Below, in pieces: positions 10,679 through 20,869 of a DNA stretch of 64,000 nt. This stretch comes from a virus, in IMG/VR virus record IMGVR_UViG_3300030047_000014, positions 1 to 64,000 of that record. One strand, given 5' to 3'. Numbering within the stretch: position 1 is the stretch's first letter; the number at the start of each line of letters is the position of its first letter. Made by a program: the position numbers and the translations under genes. Below the pieces are notes generated by a model, which worked only from the letters and a program-made list of their open reading frames with translations, was not told the origin of the DNA and made no database searches.

Positions 10679-10734
10679 AATTCATCCAATATTTATAATA
10701 CAAAATTACTCTTGTACTGGGCCTAGTTTTGTTG

Positions 10735-11103
10735 ACCCATCATTCCTAATGAATTAACTTCTGTTCTTGCTAGAGATTTACCATATTTACTTATGATATT
10801 CTTTACATCACTCTCATCTAAGCCTACACCAAAATCTTCAACAGCAAACTCAAGATTTCCTTCAGAGTTATACTTAAATGAAACTATAATAGGTTTATCT
10901 ATTACACCTGCACGCCTATGACTATCAAGGGCATTACTTGCTAATTCCCTTATAGTAGAACCTATCTCATCTGCATAGAGATTTTTACTCAACATCTGCA
11001 TAAGCATTTGAGTAGAATTCTCATCCAGGGACATTGCTATAGATCCTGTTTGCTCTTCTCCATCTGATAATATTATTGTGTCTTTCTGTTCTTGTAATAT
11101 CAT
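10735..11103 (-). CDS. rIIA: rIIA-like protein, exon 1 (GHKL/HSP90-like ATPase N-terminus)
   Basis: LSKNLY, IRELASNALDSH, VEDFGVGL, YGKS...LGMMG. Confidence 0.9.
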
Positions 11104-11173
11104 TCCTTTACTATTATTAATAATTTAAGTGCTTCAATTGCGTGAACTAATTCGTAAACTTCTTCTTGGTATT

Positions 11174-11886
11174 TCATTTTGCTGATTTATTAAATGAATT
11201 AATAGCCAATACTATATTATCATCTTCATCATATGACCAACATTTAGGGCAATAATGAAATCCTTTATGTTCTATCCATTCAGATTCTATTGCTTGCTCT
11301 TTGGCTGCTGATTCATCACTCCAACATGATCCAGAATCATTGTCACATCCGGCATCTTCTCCGCAATTATCACAAACCACTGTAAACATTTCAACTTTTT
11401 GTATCATTTTCTCGTTTTTTTTAATTTGTTTTAAAGTTACTTAATTTCAATCAGTTATCAGATCTTTTTCTTTTTCAATTTGTCTTCTAACCATGATCTC
11501 TAGTTGTAATTGTAGTTCTTTTAAAATATTATCATCTTTATTCATAACTTTCTATTTAATAAAAATATATGACAATAATTAAGTTTAAAATATTGTTCAT
11601 GATTATGCTCTGTTGGATTAAATATAAACTTTACCCTTCTATGATGTCGTATAGTAGTATCCCAAAAATATGTAGTATCCCATTCTTTTATCTCAGCATT
11701 TGTACTACCCCAAATATTACCATACATTTGTTTTCCACTTCTATCTAACTTAAGGATTCTATTTTTGTCTTTATCCTTTACATATAATAGACGAGCAGGT
11801 CTAATTACTTTTATATGAATAAATTCACTCCCATGAGGGATAATTATTTCATCTCCTTTTTCTAATTGTTCCACTTTTACTAACAT
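11174..11886 (-). other. Two small hypothetical CDS (11174-11407 with a CxxC...CxxC zinc finger; 11542-11886)
   Basis: ORF track; co-oriented. Confidence 0.6.
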
Positions 11887-11896
11887 ATTTATTTAT

Positions 11897-12622
11897 TTAA
11901 AATGGTAAATTATCCTCTTCTTCATCTAACCAGGTAATACTTATATTATTTGTTTCTTTTAGTACCCTGTTAGTTAATGTAAATACTCCCTCTGAATTCC
12001 ATTGAGTCTTTCTATAAGAAGCACTTGCAGGGTGACTAACCTTAAATACCCAACTATAGGGATCTATAAACTCCTCAACTTCAGCAGCTTTTTCTCCCAT
12101 AAGAATTATTGGAGTGCCTCCTGTTGCTAAGTGAGAAAATAAATATTTCATAAAAGGTTTCCATAAACCCTGATGTGCTCCTGCTAATCCTATTTCAGTA
12201 GTAAGAGCAGCATTAAGCATCAATACTCCTTTATTAGCTAGATAACTAACATCAGGATTCTTAAAGTACCTAAGATTTAAGCCCTTATAAAGCTCATTTT
12301 CTATAGCTGTATAGAACTGTTCCAGGGAAGGTTGAGGATATCCTGTATTACTACATCCCATTAATAAACCATCTGCAATAGGCTTTCCGTCTTTTAAGGA
12401 ATGATAAGGACACATTCCTACTAATATTACTTTTAACTCATCTAAAGAAGTTTCTTTAAAACACCTAAATGTATTAGAAGAGAGAGGAGCAATCTTCTTG
12501 CCCCTCCCACTTTCTTCTTTAAGAAACTTATAGATCTTATCACATTCTTCACTTTCAATAAAAGGTTTCATCTTTTCCCACCAGGAATGGTGAAATAGAT
12601 CTTTAAAATTATCCCAAATCAT
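11897..12622 (-). CDS. ung: Uracil-DNA glycosylase, family 1
   Basis: KVILVGMCPYH, ADGL, PQPSL, GVLMLNAALT, VSHPAS. Confidence 0.9.
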   Translation of the reverse strand: MIWDNFKDLFHHSWWEKMKPFIESEECDKIYKFLKEESGRGKKIAPLSSNTFRCFKETSLDELKVILVGMCPYHSLKDGKPIADGLLMGCSNTGYPQPSLEQFYTAIENELYKGLNLRYFKNPDVSYLANKGVLMLNAALTTEIGLAGAHQGLWKPFMKYLFSHLATGGTPIILMGEKAAEVEEFIDPYSWVFKVSHPASASYRKTQWNSEGVFTLTNRVLKETNNISITWLDEEEDNLPF

Positions 12623-12909
12623 TTTTTAGCATTTATAGTTATTTCTAATTTAGCAGTGAGCTCCTTTACTATAGTTTCAGTAATATCTGTTCGTAATTTA
12701 CCCCAGTTACTACTTCCATATTTATCTGTAGTAATAATGTTATTTAATATCGTTCTCACATTAAATGAATTAAATTCATTATTTACCATTTTAGTAGCCT
12801 CATCTCTTACAGCTTCATCAATCCATTCTCTAATATCTTCCTTAGTTATACCAAGCTCATTATGAAGATAGTTTTTAAATAGCAACCATTTATCATCACT
12901 TTTCATAGT

Positions 12910-13722
12910 TTAATATTGAGCAATTTTGTCGAACTCATTGTACAAACTTAATTGAGCTTTGTCTTCAAATACTACTTCAGGAACCTGGATAGGCTCTTGT
13001 TTAGGAAGAATTAAACCTGTCTGTCCTACAAAATATCTATGAACATCTATATGATCTTGTAACCATGTAGTAGGATGTAGTTCCTTCATAGAATAAGTTG
13101 TAAACTGATAAAGTTCCCATAAGCTATTAGCAGCACCATAATCAAACGTAGGAGAATCTAATTCCCTCTTAATGATATTTAGCTGTGTACTCTCAATAAG
13201 TCCTTCTTCAATATACATTCTGCCCAGGAGTTCAGCAGTAACCCTTTTGGTCATTTCAATATTCTTCATAGCATCTCTTTCCTGTTGCATAGTAATAAAG
13301 ACATCCCCTGCAGTCTTGATGTATTCTGCAATACTATGTGGAGTGAATGTCTGTACATCTCCCCAATGTTTCTTCTTGAATGCACCCATATCACCGGAGA
13401 TAGCACCATTACTGCAGATGAAAATATGAACACCCATAGCCCATTTCAAACTAATAGACTTATCCAGGCTATTCTGCCAACCAATCTGAATCTGCATTTC
13501 ACTATCAGCAACATCACTAATAGTATAGCGACCATTGGCTACATTACCTTTTCTGGCCATTGTATAGCTTTCTTTATCCAATTTAAAACCTGACTGAACT
13601 ATTCCTTCCAAGGTTAAATCAATAAGGGTTTCATGTGACATTGCTTTATAAGTACGTGTAGATTCTGGAGTAACAGTACTTAAGACATCTTGTTTTTTTA
13701 CACTATATGTTTTTAGATCCAT
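12910..13722 (-). CDS. DUF932-like phage protein
   Basis: YKAMSHETLI, IGWQNSLDKS, FICSNG, SLWELYQFTT pattern. Confidence 0.65.
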   Translation of the reverse strand: MDLKTYSVKKQDVLSTVTPESTRTYKAMSHETLIDLTLEGIVQSGFKLDKESYTMARKGNVANGRYTISDVADSEMQIQIGWQNSLDKSISLKWAMGVHIFICSNGAISGDMGAFKKKHWGDVQTFTPHSIAEYIKTAGDVFITMQQERDAMKNIEMTKRVTAELLGRMYIEEGLIESTQLNIIKRELDSPTFDYGAANSLWELYQFTTYSMKELHPTTWLQDHIDVHRYFVGQTGLILPKQEPIQVPEVVFEDKAQLSLYNEFDKIAQY

Positions 13723-13742
13723 TTTTATTGTTTATTAATTTA

Positions 13743-14293
13743 TTATTCTTCAAAATAACCTTCACCACAAATACTATTCTCATTCTGAAATTTCTCTGCT
13801 ATCTCACTAATTGTTTTATCACTTAGTAATCCAATAATATCTATCTCTCCTACAAGAACAGCATAGATATCAAAATCCCCTCCTTCTGCAGGATACCCGG
13901 GGTCTCCATTAGAAAGATACATTTTCTCAGGAATGTATTCAGACCATTCATATTCTATGTACAAATCAATTCCTCTGAACGTTATATTTCCAGCTCCTTT
14001 TTTCATTCTTGTGCTAATTTATAAAGTTCTTCTTCTACATCTGGATCATTTGTATCATCTCTGTATTCTCTATTTCTGATAGTCCAGATTAAATCGTATT
14101 TAGCGATAGTTATCTCTGATGTTGGATTTGTGAGAGGACTCATTGTTCCAATTCCAGTAAATCCACATATCTCCTTACGAAATTTATTCATTAATAGAGA
14201 TGAAAGTTGAATTGTAGCATTAGTATTATCCTCTCCCTTAGAAAGTCGGGAGAAGATAACATTACTAATTACATCTATCATTACTGTTTTCAT
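13743..14293 (-). other. Two small hypothetical CDS (13743-14006; 14003-14293)
   Basis: Overlapping start/stop codons. Confidence 0.6.
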
Positions 14294-14655
14294 TAATCTC
14301 TTATATGTTCTACAACACCATTTTCATCCGGAGTTCCCCAAGTTCTACTCTTATTCTCTTCCAGTTTATTAAAGGCAACTGTAAGAAGTTGATCAGCATT
14401 AAGCCCATAATGACACGCAGCATCCATTAAAAGAATCAGAACATCTGCAAATTCTTTATTTGTATCTTCTATAAATTCCAATGTAGGCATACCACCACTA
14501 TAGAACTCTTTTAAAGCTTCTGTGAGTTCCTTAGCTTCCTTTTGAAGATGATACGAGATAGAAACACTTCTATTCCTTCTGAATCTTCCTTCATCAAAAG
14601 TTTTATCAGACCAAGCTGATGTTTCATTCATTAGATTCTGTAAACTCTCTGTCAT
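14293..14655 (-). CDS. MazG-fold nucleotide pyrophosphohydrolase (DUF550-like)
   Basis: WSDKTF, HLQKEAKEL, EFADVLILLMD, KLEENKSRTW...VVEH. Confidence 0.75.
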   Translation of the reverse strand: MTESLQNLMNETSAWSDKTFDEGRFRRNRSVSISYHLQKEAKELTEALKEFYSGGMPTLEFIEDTNKEFADVLILLMDAACHYGLNADQLLTVAFNKLEENKSRTWGTPDENGVVEHIRD

Positions 14656-15148
14656 ACATTTTTGGTGTAAATTGAAAACTTTTTACTATTGAATTATTTT
14701 TACTAAGCCCTACTTTAGCATATTTTCTTCTATCTAGTGATAACAAAGAGGAATTAAAATTATAGAGCTTTACTTCATCAAGTAATTTAAGATAGGTAGG
14801 ATCTTTAACAAACACTACTGTATCCGTTCCATAGATATCGAGTAGTGTTGTACAAAAATCTCTAGTTTTCCCTTTTAAGAATGAGTAAGGACAATCTTTC
14901 TCTATTACTTTTTCTTTTTTTGTTAGTGAAACTGTCGTATTTAGAAGTTTATTACTATATTCTTTATTAAGAAGTGCTAATGACTTATTAAGAGAGATTA
15001 CTACTTCTACTTCTTCTTCTAATTCTTCTATTCTTTTTACTAATTCATCAATTATTGATTTTGCCATTTCAGCATTAAGACCTAATTCTACATCTTTCAT
15101 AATCCTTTTGTTTTTAAATGATTTTATTTCCTTTATTAATATTTCCAA
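14624..15148 (-). CDS. Hypothetical coiled-coil protein
   Basis: ORF track; the true start is probably internal. Confidence 0.6.
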   Translation of the reverse strand: MEILIKEIKSFKNKRIMKDVELGLNAEMAKSIIDELVKRIEELEEEVEVVISLNKSLALLNKEYSNKLLNTTVSLTKKEKVIEKDCPYSFLKGKTRDFCTTLLDIYGTDTVVFVKDPTYLKLLDEVKLYNFNSSLLSLDRRKYAKVGLSKNNSIVKSFQFTPKMYDREFTESNE

Positions 15149-15180
15149 TATATGTGACTCCTTCTACTGTGTAAGAAAAA

Positions 15181-16197
15181 TTAACCATATAATCCTTTTT
15201 TTATGAAATGATTTTCTAATTCTTTTAAACCTCTATCTTTGCCCCACCCTGCCCAATCTTTTACAGAAGGAAGTAAATTATCTGGAGGATTTATGTGTTT
15301 AAATCCAAATGCACTAGTAATAGCATAACTTGCTTGTTTACCAGGAGCATCAGAATCTCCTCCATAAAATACTTCTTTAGAATTCTCTTTTATATATGCT
15401 ATATTTTCATGTGAAAAGGCAGCAAGACTTTCATTTTGAGAGTGAGCTACATATTCATAAATTTTTCTACAAACCATATAATCTTTAAGAGAATCTAATA
15501 TAAGACTATTATATTCTTTATTTAAATTGTCTAGTCCTCTCATCATATTTAATGGCACATTATTTGGAACCCATTTTGATCTCTTATCAGCAAATGGTCT
15601 ATAAATTTTCCAGTATCCATCATATAAATACCCAAATCTAAGTTCATTATCATTCAAAGGAAATCTCTTCTTATTCAGATAAAGTTCCTTAATAGAATAA
15701 ATATGATTTGCTCTTAGATCCTCTATATCTTGATAATACAGATTCCAATAAGCTAACTCATTATGTGTAAATTGTCTGGTAGATACCTGAACTAATGAAT
15801 AACGTTTACCTAAATCTTCAGGTTGCTGATATTGACCTACTATCTTTTTATAGTTCCCTACTTGTCCTGTAGATATACCTAATCCAAAATCTCTATCAAT
15901 AGTTTTTAATACTTCATCCAGGGTAGGAATGTGTAATAGGAGTTTAACAAATGTAAAGCAATCACCTCTAAGACTTGTATCAGTGAAATCTATAAATGAA
16001 AGATTACCATGTTTATTTCCTATTACAAAGGAAGGATTATTCTCTATTCTTCCGTCTGATCTTGGAAATGGTGATATAGTAGCATCATTAGGTTTCCATT
16101 GTGTATTAGGCATATAGTAGCGAAATATATCATATTCTGATATTCTTCTAAGAATAGCCTCTGTAGTAAGTGTTACTTTCTTTACTCCTGTTATCAT
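15181..16197 (-). CDS. DNA primase (crAss-like, TOPRIM)
   Basis: ISPFPR...ENNPSF...FIDF...GDCF N-domain; SLKDYMV, SQNE, DSDAPG, KDW. Confidence 0.82.
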   Translation of the reverse strand: MITGVKKVTLTTEAILRRISEYDIFRYYMPNTQWKPNDATISPFPRSDGRIENNPSFVIGNKHGNLSFIDFTDTSLRGDCFTFVKLLLHIPTLDEVLKTIDRDFGLGISTGQVGNYKKIVGQYQQPEDLGKRYSLVQVSTRQFTHNELAYWNLYYQDIEDLRANHIYSIKELYLNKKRFPLNDNELRFGYLYDGYWKIYRPFADKRSKWVPNNVPLNMMRGLDNLNKEYNSLILDSLKDYMVCRKIYEYVAHSQNESLAAFSHENIAYIKENSKEVFYGGDSDAPGKQASYAITSAFGFKHINPPDNLLPSVKDWAGWGKDRGLKELENHFIKKGLYG

Positions 16198-16431
16198 TCT
16201 TTATTTTTTAAATCCTTTATGAACTTTAACCAAGGTCTTTTTTCTAGGAACTCTATTTTTTCATCTAGAGTATTATTAAGTTGTTCTTCCTCCCAACCAG
16301 CAGCTATAAGAATCTCATTATATTCTGGATAATATCCTTGTATTCTATCGTGAACTGCTGCTACATTAATCTTTCCTCCAAGAGCTATAAGCTTTGATAT
16401 CTTTTCCTCTATAGTCATAATTAAAAAATAA

Positions 16432-16459
16432 AAACTCCCCCTATTTTTAGAGGGAGTTT
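16432..16459 (-). terminator. Intrinsic terminator after the SSB-like gene
   Basis: AAACTCCC...GGGAGTTT stem followed by a T-run on the minus strand. Confidence 0.65.
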
Positions 16460-16471
16460 ATTAATACCTAA

Positions 16472-17338
16472 TTAATACTCAGGTCCCTCTGAACTAACTG
16501 CAGGAGCATTGGTACTTACAGGATTTTCCTCTGGTACATATTCCTTAATGTCTTTCAGAATAAAGAAATCTTTACAACCATACTCTGGATCTGTAACATT
16601 AAGTACAAATTTTTCATATGGTTTAAGTTTCTCTTTATTCTTAAGACTTTCGATAACAGTAGAATCCATATAGTCTACTAATCTGAAATTCTTCAAACAA
16701 TATGGAGGAAGAAATGCTTTGTTATAAATACCCTGGAATTCTTTTACTTTTGTAGGATCTTCTTTATCCTCTTTTACAATAACAGTAGCCAAAGCTATAA
16801 TATCAGTACACCATTCTCCATCAATAAGATCAGTAAGATCTTTTACATTACCATTCATCAACTTTTTCCATTCAAGTTGTAAAGTAGTTTCTGCAGAACG
16901 ATAGTCAAGCTGACCTAACCATGTCCTTAAGAAATTATAAAGATCTTCTTCTCCTACATATGCTACTCTATAATCTCTTGCAGTAAACCAAGCAGGTAAA
17001 TTATTAGGATCATCTGCCCAACTACAATTACCTACTGCATTAATATACTGTTTCTTAGTAAAATCTTTATTCTCTCTCTCCCTGTTCTCAAGGAAAAAAG
17101 TAGCTTTGAATCTCTCCTGGTTCTTAATAGCTTCAAGCCAGACATCAATTCTTAAAGTATCATTACCTTCTCTTTCACCAAGATATTCTGTTGCCTTGCT
17201 ATCTTCTTTTAACTCAATGTTGAAATGCTCTTTGTATTCTTCTACTGAAGGATTAATTGCTACAACTTTACATTCCACTAAACCTACTTTTTTAGAGAAA
17301 TCCTGATTTGCTCTACGTGTTCCACCAATGTTACTCAT
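16472..17338 (-). CDS. Putative single-stranded DNA-binding protein
   Basis: Lies between the ATPase and primase genes; KVVAINP motif; flexible tail ending in an aromatic residue; assigned by inference. Confidence 0.5.
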   Translation of the reverse strand: MSNIGGTRRANQDFSKKVGLVECKVVAINPSVEEYKEHFNIELKEDSKATEYLGEREGNDTLRIDVWLEAIKNQERFKATFFLENRERENKDFTKKQYINAVGNCSWADDPNNLPAWFTARDYRVAYVGEEDLYNFLRTWLGQLDYRSAETTLQLEWKKLMNGNVKDLTDLIDGEWCTDIIALATVIVKEDKEDPTKVKEFQGIYNKAFLPPYCLKNFRLVDYMDSTVIESLKNKEKLKPYEKFVLNVTDPEYGCKDFFILKDIKEYVPEENPVSTNAPAVSSEGPEY

Positions 17339-17354
17339 TTTTCTAATTTTAAAT

Positions 17355-17648
17355 TTATACTATTCTTCTAAATGCTTCATTATTTACATCAATTCTCACA
17401 ATTATTCTTTCTAATTTATTTAATAGAGAAGACATTTGTTCTATTATTGATTCCTGTTCTGGTTTCGGAACTGGATTTTTTATATTAACATCTTCTTCTG
17501 GTTTATAACTACTAATATCTAATTTCTTAATCTGATCACTAAAAATAGCAGCTTGATCATCCAAGTAATTAGTTAAATTACTTAATCTGCCAAGTGCTAT
17601 ATTCATAGTAGTTTGATCTGTTGCAACACCTTTTGCTATATTATCCAT
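17355..17648 (-). CDS. Hypothetical protein
   Basis: ORF track. Confidence 0.6.
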   Translation of the reverse strand: MDNIAKGVATDQTTMNIALGRLSNLTNYLDDQAAIFSDQIKKLDISSYKPEEDVNIKNPVPKPEQESIIEQMSSLLNKLERIIVRIDVNNEAFRRIV

Positions 17649-17654
17649 ATCTAA

Positions 17655-18494
17655 TTATTTATAAATTTTTTCCCAAAATGTTTCAATACTACCATCTGTA
17701 CCTTTTCTAGAAATAAGCATTTTACCCTCAAGAAAAGGAGCACGACTACCTGCAACAATACTGTCATTCTGAACATCAAAGTTTAACCATCTCTCCGAGC
17801 CTTCTACAACTAATTTAGCCATAGTAGTTACCTTTGATGCAAATATACGCTTCAACTGTCCTGTAAGTGCTAATTCACTTCCTATTACCTGTTCCTTGCC
17901 ATTATCCTTTATGTATTTATCTGCAAGATGTGCAGCCCATAGTCTATAAGGAGCAATTTGTTTGATTAATTCTACCTGTTGCATGAACCATGTTCTTGTA
18001 TGTTGATAACCATACCCTTCAGGAAGAGTTAATACAGACTGGAATCTAGGATCACTAAATTCAAATTGTTCTCCATAAGCACCACTGGCTAACTTAGGAC
18101 GATTGAAATTCTTACCAATAACACTATTCATATAAGCATATGTTCCTCCAATCTCTGACAAATCATCAAGATCTGAGAGACCATCAACAATTAGATACTC
18201 ATATTTACCTTTATTCTCCAATAGCATCTTTCTATACTTCACATAGTTCTGAAAACTTTCCCACCTGGTAGTTTCCTGTCCTGTATATGTAGAGATTTTT
18301 CTGGCAGATATATAATCATATCCACCTTTCTCAAGATCTAATACAAGAGCATTATACTGCTCTGAGAATTTTCCAAGAATTGTTCCTTTGCCTGCTTTTG
18401 GAATAGAGATTATGACTAAATCTCTGGGGGGTAATAATGTTGCTTCTGTAATCTCTGTTGGTAATTTAAATTCTTCTTTTTCTTTTTCTACCAT
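17655..18494 (-). CDS. AAA ATPase (Sak4/AAA_24-like)
   Basis: SIPKAGKGT Walker A, VLDLEKG, LIVDGLS. Confidence 0.8.
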   Translation of the reverse strand: MVEKEKEEFKLPTEITEATLLPPRDLVIISIPKAGKGTILGKFSEQYNALVLDLEKGGYDYISARKISTYTGQETTRWESFQNYVKYRKMLLENKGKYEYLIVDGLSDLDDLSEIGGTYAYMNSVIGKNFNRPKLASGAYGEQFEFSDPRFQSVLTLPEGYGYQHTRTWFMQQVELIKQIAPYRLWAAHLADKYIKDNGKEQVIGSELALTGQLKRIFASKVTTMAKLVVEGSERWLNFDVQNDSIVAGSRAPFLEGKMLISRKGTDGSIETFWEKIYK

Positions 18495-18539
18495 TTCTCA
18501 CTTTTTTAATTATTGTTTTTAACTTATTTGATTATAAAT

Positions 18540-19106
18540 TTACGAATTATCTTTCTCATTTCCAAATATTTCTGAGATATTTATGTCTGTGTAATCACAA
18601 ATTTCTTGCATTAAAAAGCACATATACCCCTCTTTCATATGGCATAGCACGCCTTCTTCATCAAGTATGTTAGGACCTAGTAGAGTGATCCATTCTGTGA
18701 GTAGATCAAAAGGAATAAATAAAATTACATCTATTTCCTTAAGATTCACCCAATGCCATTCAAGCTTATTCTTTGTTACAAACTTATATAAATCTAATGC
18801 TGTCATAAATATGTAATTTTACCAGTATTTTTTTGATCTCTTACTATCTATCTCGACTGTCCATTCTCCTCTACAGTAAATGAGTCCTTGAGAAGGACCG
18901 CAGAAAAGAGTTATACCTCTTTCATCTGGATATGTACAGAAGTATTCTGCTCTATGTTCAGCTACTTCTTCTTGAGTTATAATCTGACCATTCAAAAGAA
19001 TATTTTTTCTAATATAGAATGTTCCTTTTTTAAACCCTCTTTTGTCAGCCTCTTTAATTAATTCTCTAATTTTTTTCTGTTCTTCTTTAGTTCCTATATT
19101 TTTCAT
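18540..19106 (-). other. Two small hypothetical CDS (18540-18806; 18819-19106)
   Basis: ORF track. Confidence 0.6.
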
Positions 19107-20230
19107 AGATATATAATTTTTTCTTTGTCAAAAAATTCTAAAGCTTTATCTAACCAAGCAGCTTCAATAGCTTCATCAGTACTTATGATATAGATTTTAG
19201 CTTTCTTATCTGGATTGTTATATTCCAAACCCATACACCTGTTAATACGTTGTGTTAAATCTTCTGGAGATGATGAAAAATAATTTATTATCACCTTATC
19301 CAGAGGTTTATATGTAACACCTGTATTACCAATCTTAACAACAGCTAATTGATTTCCAATACCATCAGCAAAATCCTTAAAGATTTGTTTGTTCTTTGAT
19401 TTGCTGTGATAAGAAGAAATTCCTAAGCTGTCTGCAGTAGCAGTGGTTCCACAAAATACTAATATTCTCTCATTAGAATATTTAGCTAAAAGTTCTTTGG
19501 TCTTATTTAGCTTACTTACACTTTTTTGAATTATTCTCATTCGTGCAAGTCGCATAAACATAGAACTCTTCTTTTTCTCTTCCAGAGCTCCAATTACCCA
19601 AGTAAGATTGTTAAATCTTGTTTTCTCTGAGATAAACTTATTCTTAACCCAAGTTCTCTGATAAAGATCTAAAGGAACCTGAATAACAGAAATATTGTAA
19701 TCAACTACTATTCCCTCCTCAACAGCTTTCTCTATTTTGTATTCTGCTATTACAGGAAGGTTTAGTTTATTATAAAATATCTGCTCATTCTCATCACTAA
19801 GAGTACCAGTAAGACCAAGTATTCTTTTATTATTTTTAAAGAGTAATTTACATACTATTATTTCAGCCTTACTAAGTTTATGTAACTCATCAATAATAAT
19901 GAAATCATACAAGTATCTTTGATATTTATGAAGAGAAATATGAGTAGAGAATGTAATATTAGGATTTGAATATTCTTTACTTACAAAATCTTCTTCCCAG
20001 GAAGCTTTAATCTTGTTATCAGGAATACCAATAAGAATCTTACTATCAGAAGGTAATCTCTGCATAATATCTATTCCTACATAACACTTACCAAACCTGG
20101 GGGCTAAAAGAAGAATGCCTCTCTGATCACTATTCCAGAATATATTAGCAAATTCCTTCTGTCTTTGATCTCTCAAAGGTAAAGAAGTGTCTATAGGATC
20201 GTCTAAATCTAATTTAGTCTCTATAATCAT
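19103..20230 (-). CDS. SF2 DExH helicase
   Basis: APRFGKC, IIIDELH, GLTGT, ILVFC, QRINR. Confidence 0.88.
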   Translation of the reverse strand: MIIETKLDLDDPIDTSLPLRDQRQKEFANIFWNSDQRGILLLAPRFGKCYVGIDIMQRLPSDSKILIGIPDNKIKASWEEDFVSKEYSNPNITFSTHISLHKYQRYLYDFIIIDELHKLSKAEIIVCKLLFKNNKRILGLTGTLSDENEQIFYNKLNLPVIAEYKIEKAVEEGIVVDYNISVIQVPLDLYQRTWVKNKFISEKTRFNNLTWVIGALEEKKKSSMFMRLARMRIIQKSVSKLNKTKELLAKYSNERILVFCGTTATADSLGISSYHSKSKNKQIFKDFADGIGNQLAVVKIGNTGVTYKPLDKVIINYFSSSPEDLTQRINRCMGLEYNNPDKKAKIYIISTDEAIEAAWLDKALEFFDKEKIIYL

Positions 20231-20869
20231 TTCTGATAAGTTTCTATTGTAATTGGTTCAATTCTTTCAGATAATCTAAGAGTTCCTGTCTCTGTAGTCA
20301 TAAGATCAATACAAAGATCTTTTATTATCTGGGAGCACAACACCTGATGGACTGATCCATCCTCTAATTCTACCAATACTAAAATAGTCTTAAGCTTCAT
20401 TTTGTTTGTTTATTAATAAACCCACATTGTTCCAAGAAACTTTGTCCTACAGGAGAACCAAGCCATTGAATAAGATTTAAACAAATATCTTCTTCATCAT
20501 CTGTTAAGAATCTATTAGGAATTTTCTGATCAAAGCCTCTCCATCCAAATATTATTGCAGAAAGTATTTTATTTGCTATTCCAGTGCTTTTAAACATCTC
20601 TATGAATTTATCATGAAGCTTTTTTTCTTTAGGATTATCCTTAAATCTATATTCTTTATTACTTTTCATTTTATTGATAATTTAGGTAAACCATTTTTAA
20701 TCTTACTCTCAAGTAATACTATATAATCTGCTACTCTTGTTTGTACCAAATAGGATTCAATATTACTCTGAATACTACCTTTCTCGGATTTAACTGGTAT
20801 TACAATCCATGCTTTCTCCATTTTTAAATTTGGTACTCTTTTACCATTTTGTTTAAAATATCTAGGCAT

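Larger units (their letters stand above)
9741..10734 (-). mobile_element. Group I intron (994 nt) in rIIA
   Basis: Exon ...UGGGU pairs with intron GCCCA, giving a U.G at the splice site; R-like AGAGACUAC and S-like GAUAUAGUCC elements; terminal G; splicing restores GMMG|LGFKS in frame. Confidence 0.92.

Noticed and set aside
10723-11103. 126-aa and 643-aa ORFs as separate genes
   Set aside because: They are exons of one rIIA gene joined by group I splicing.
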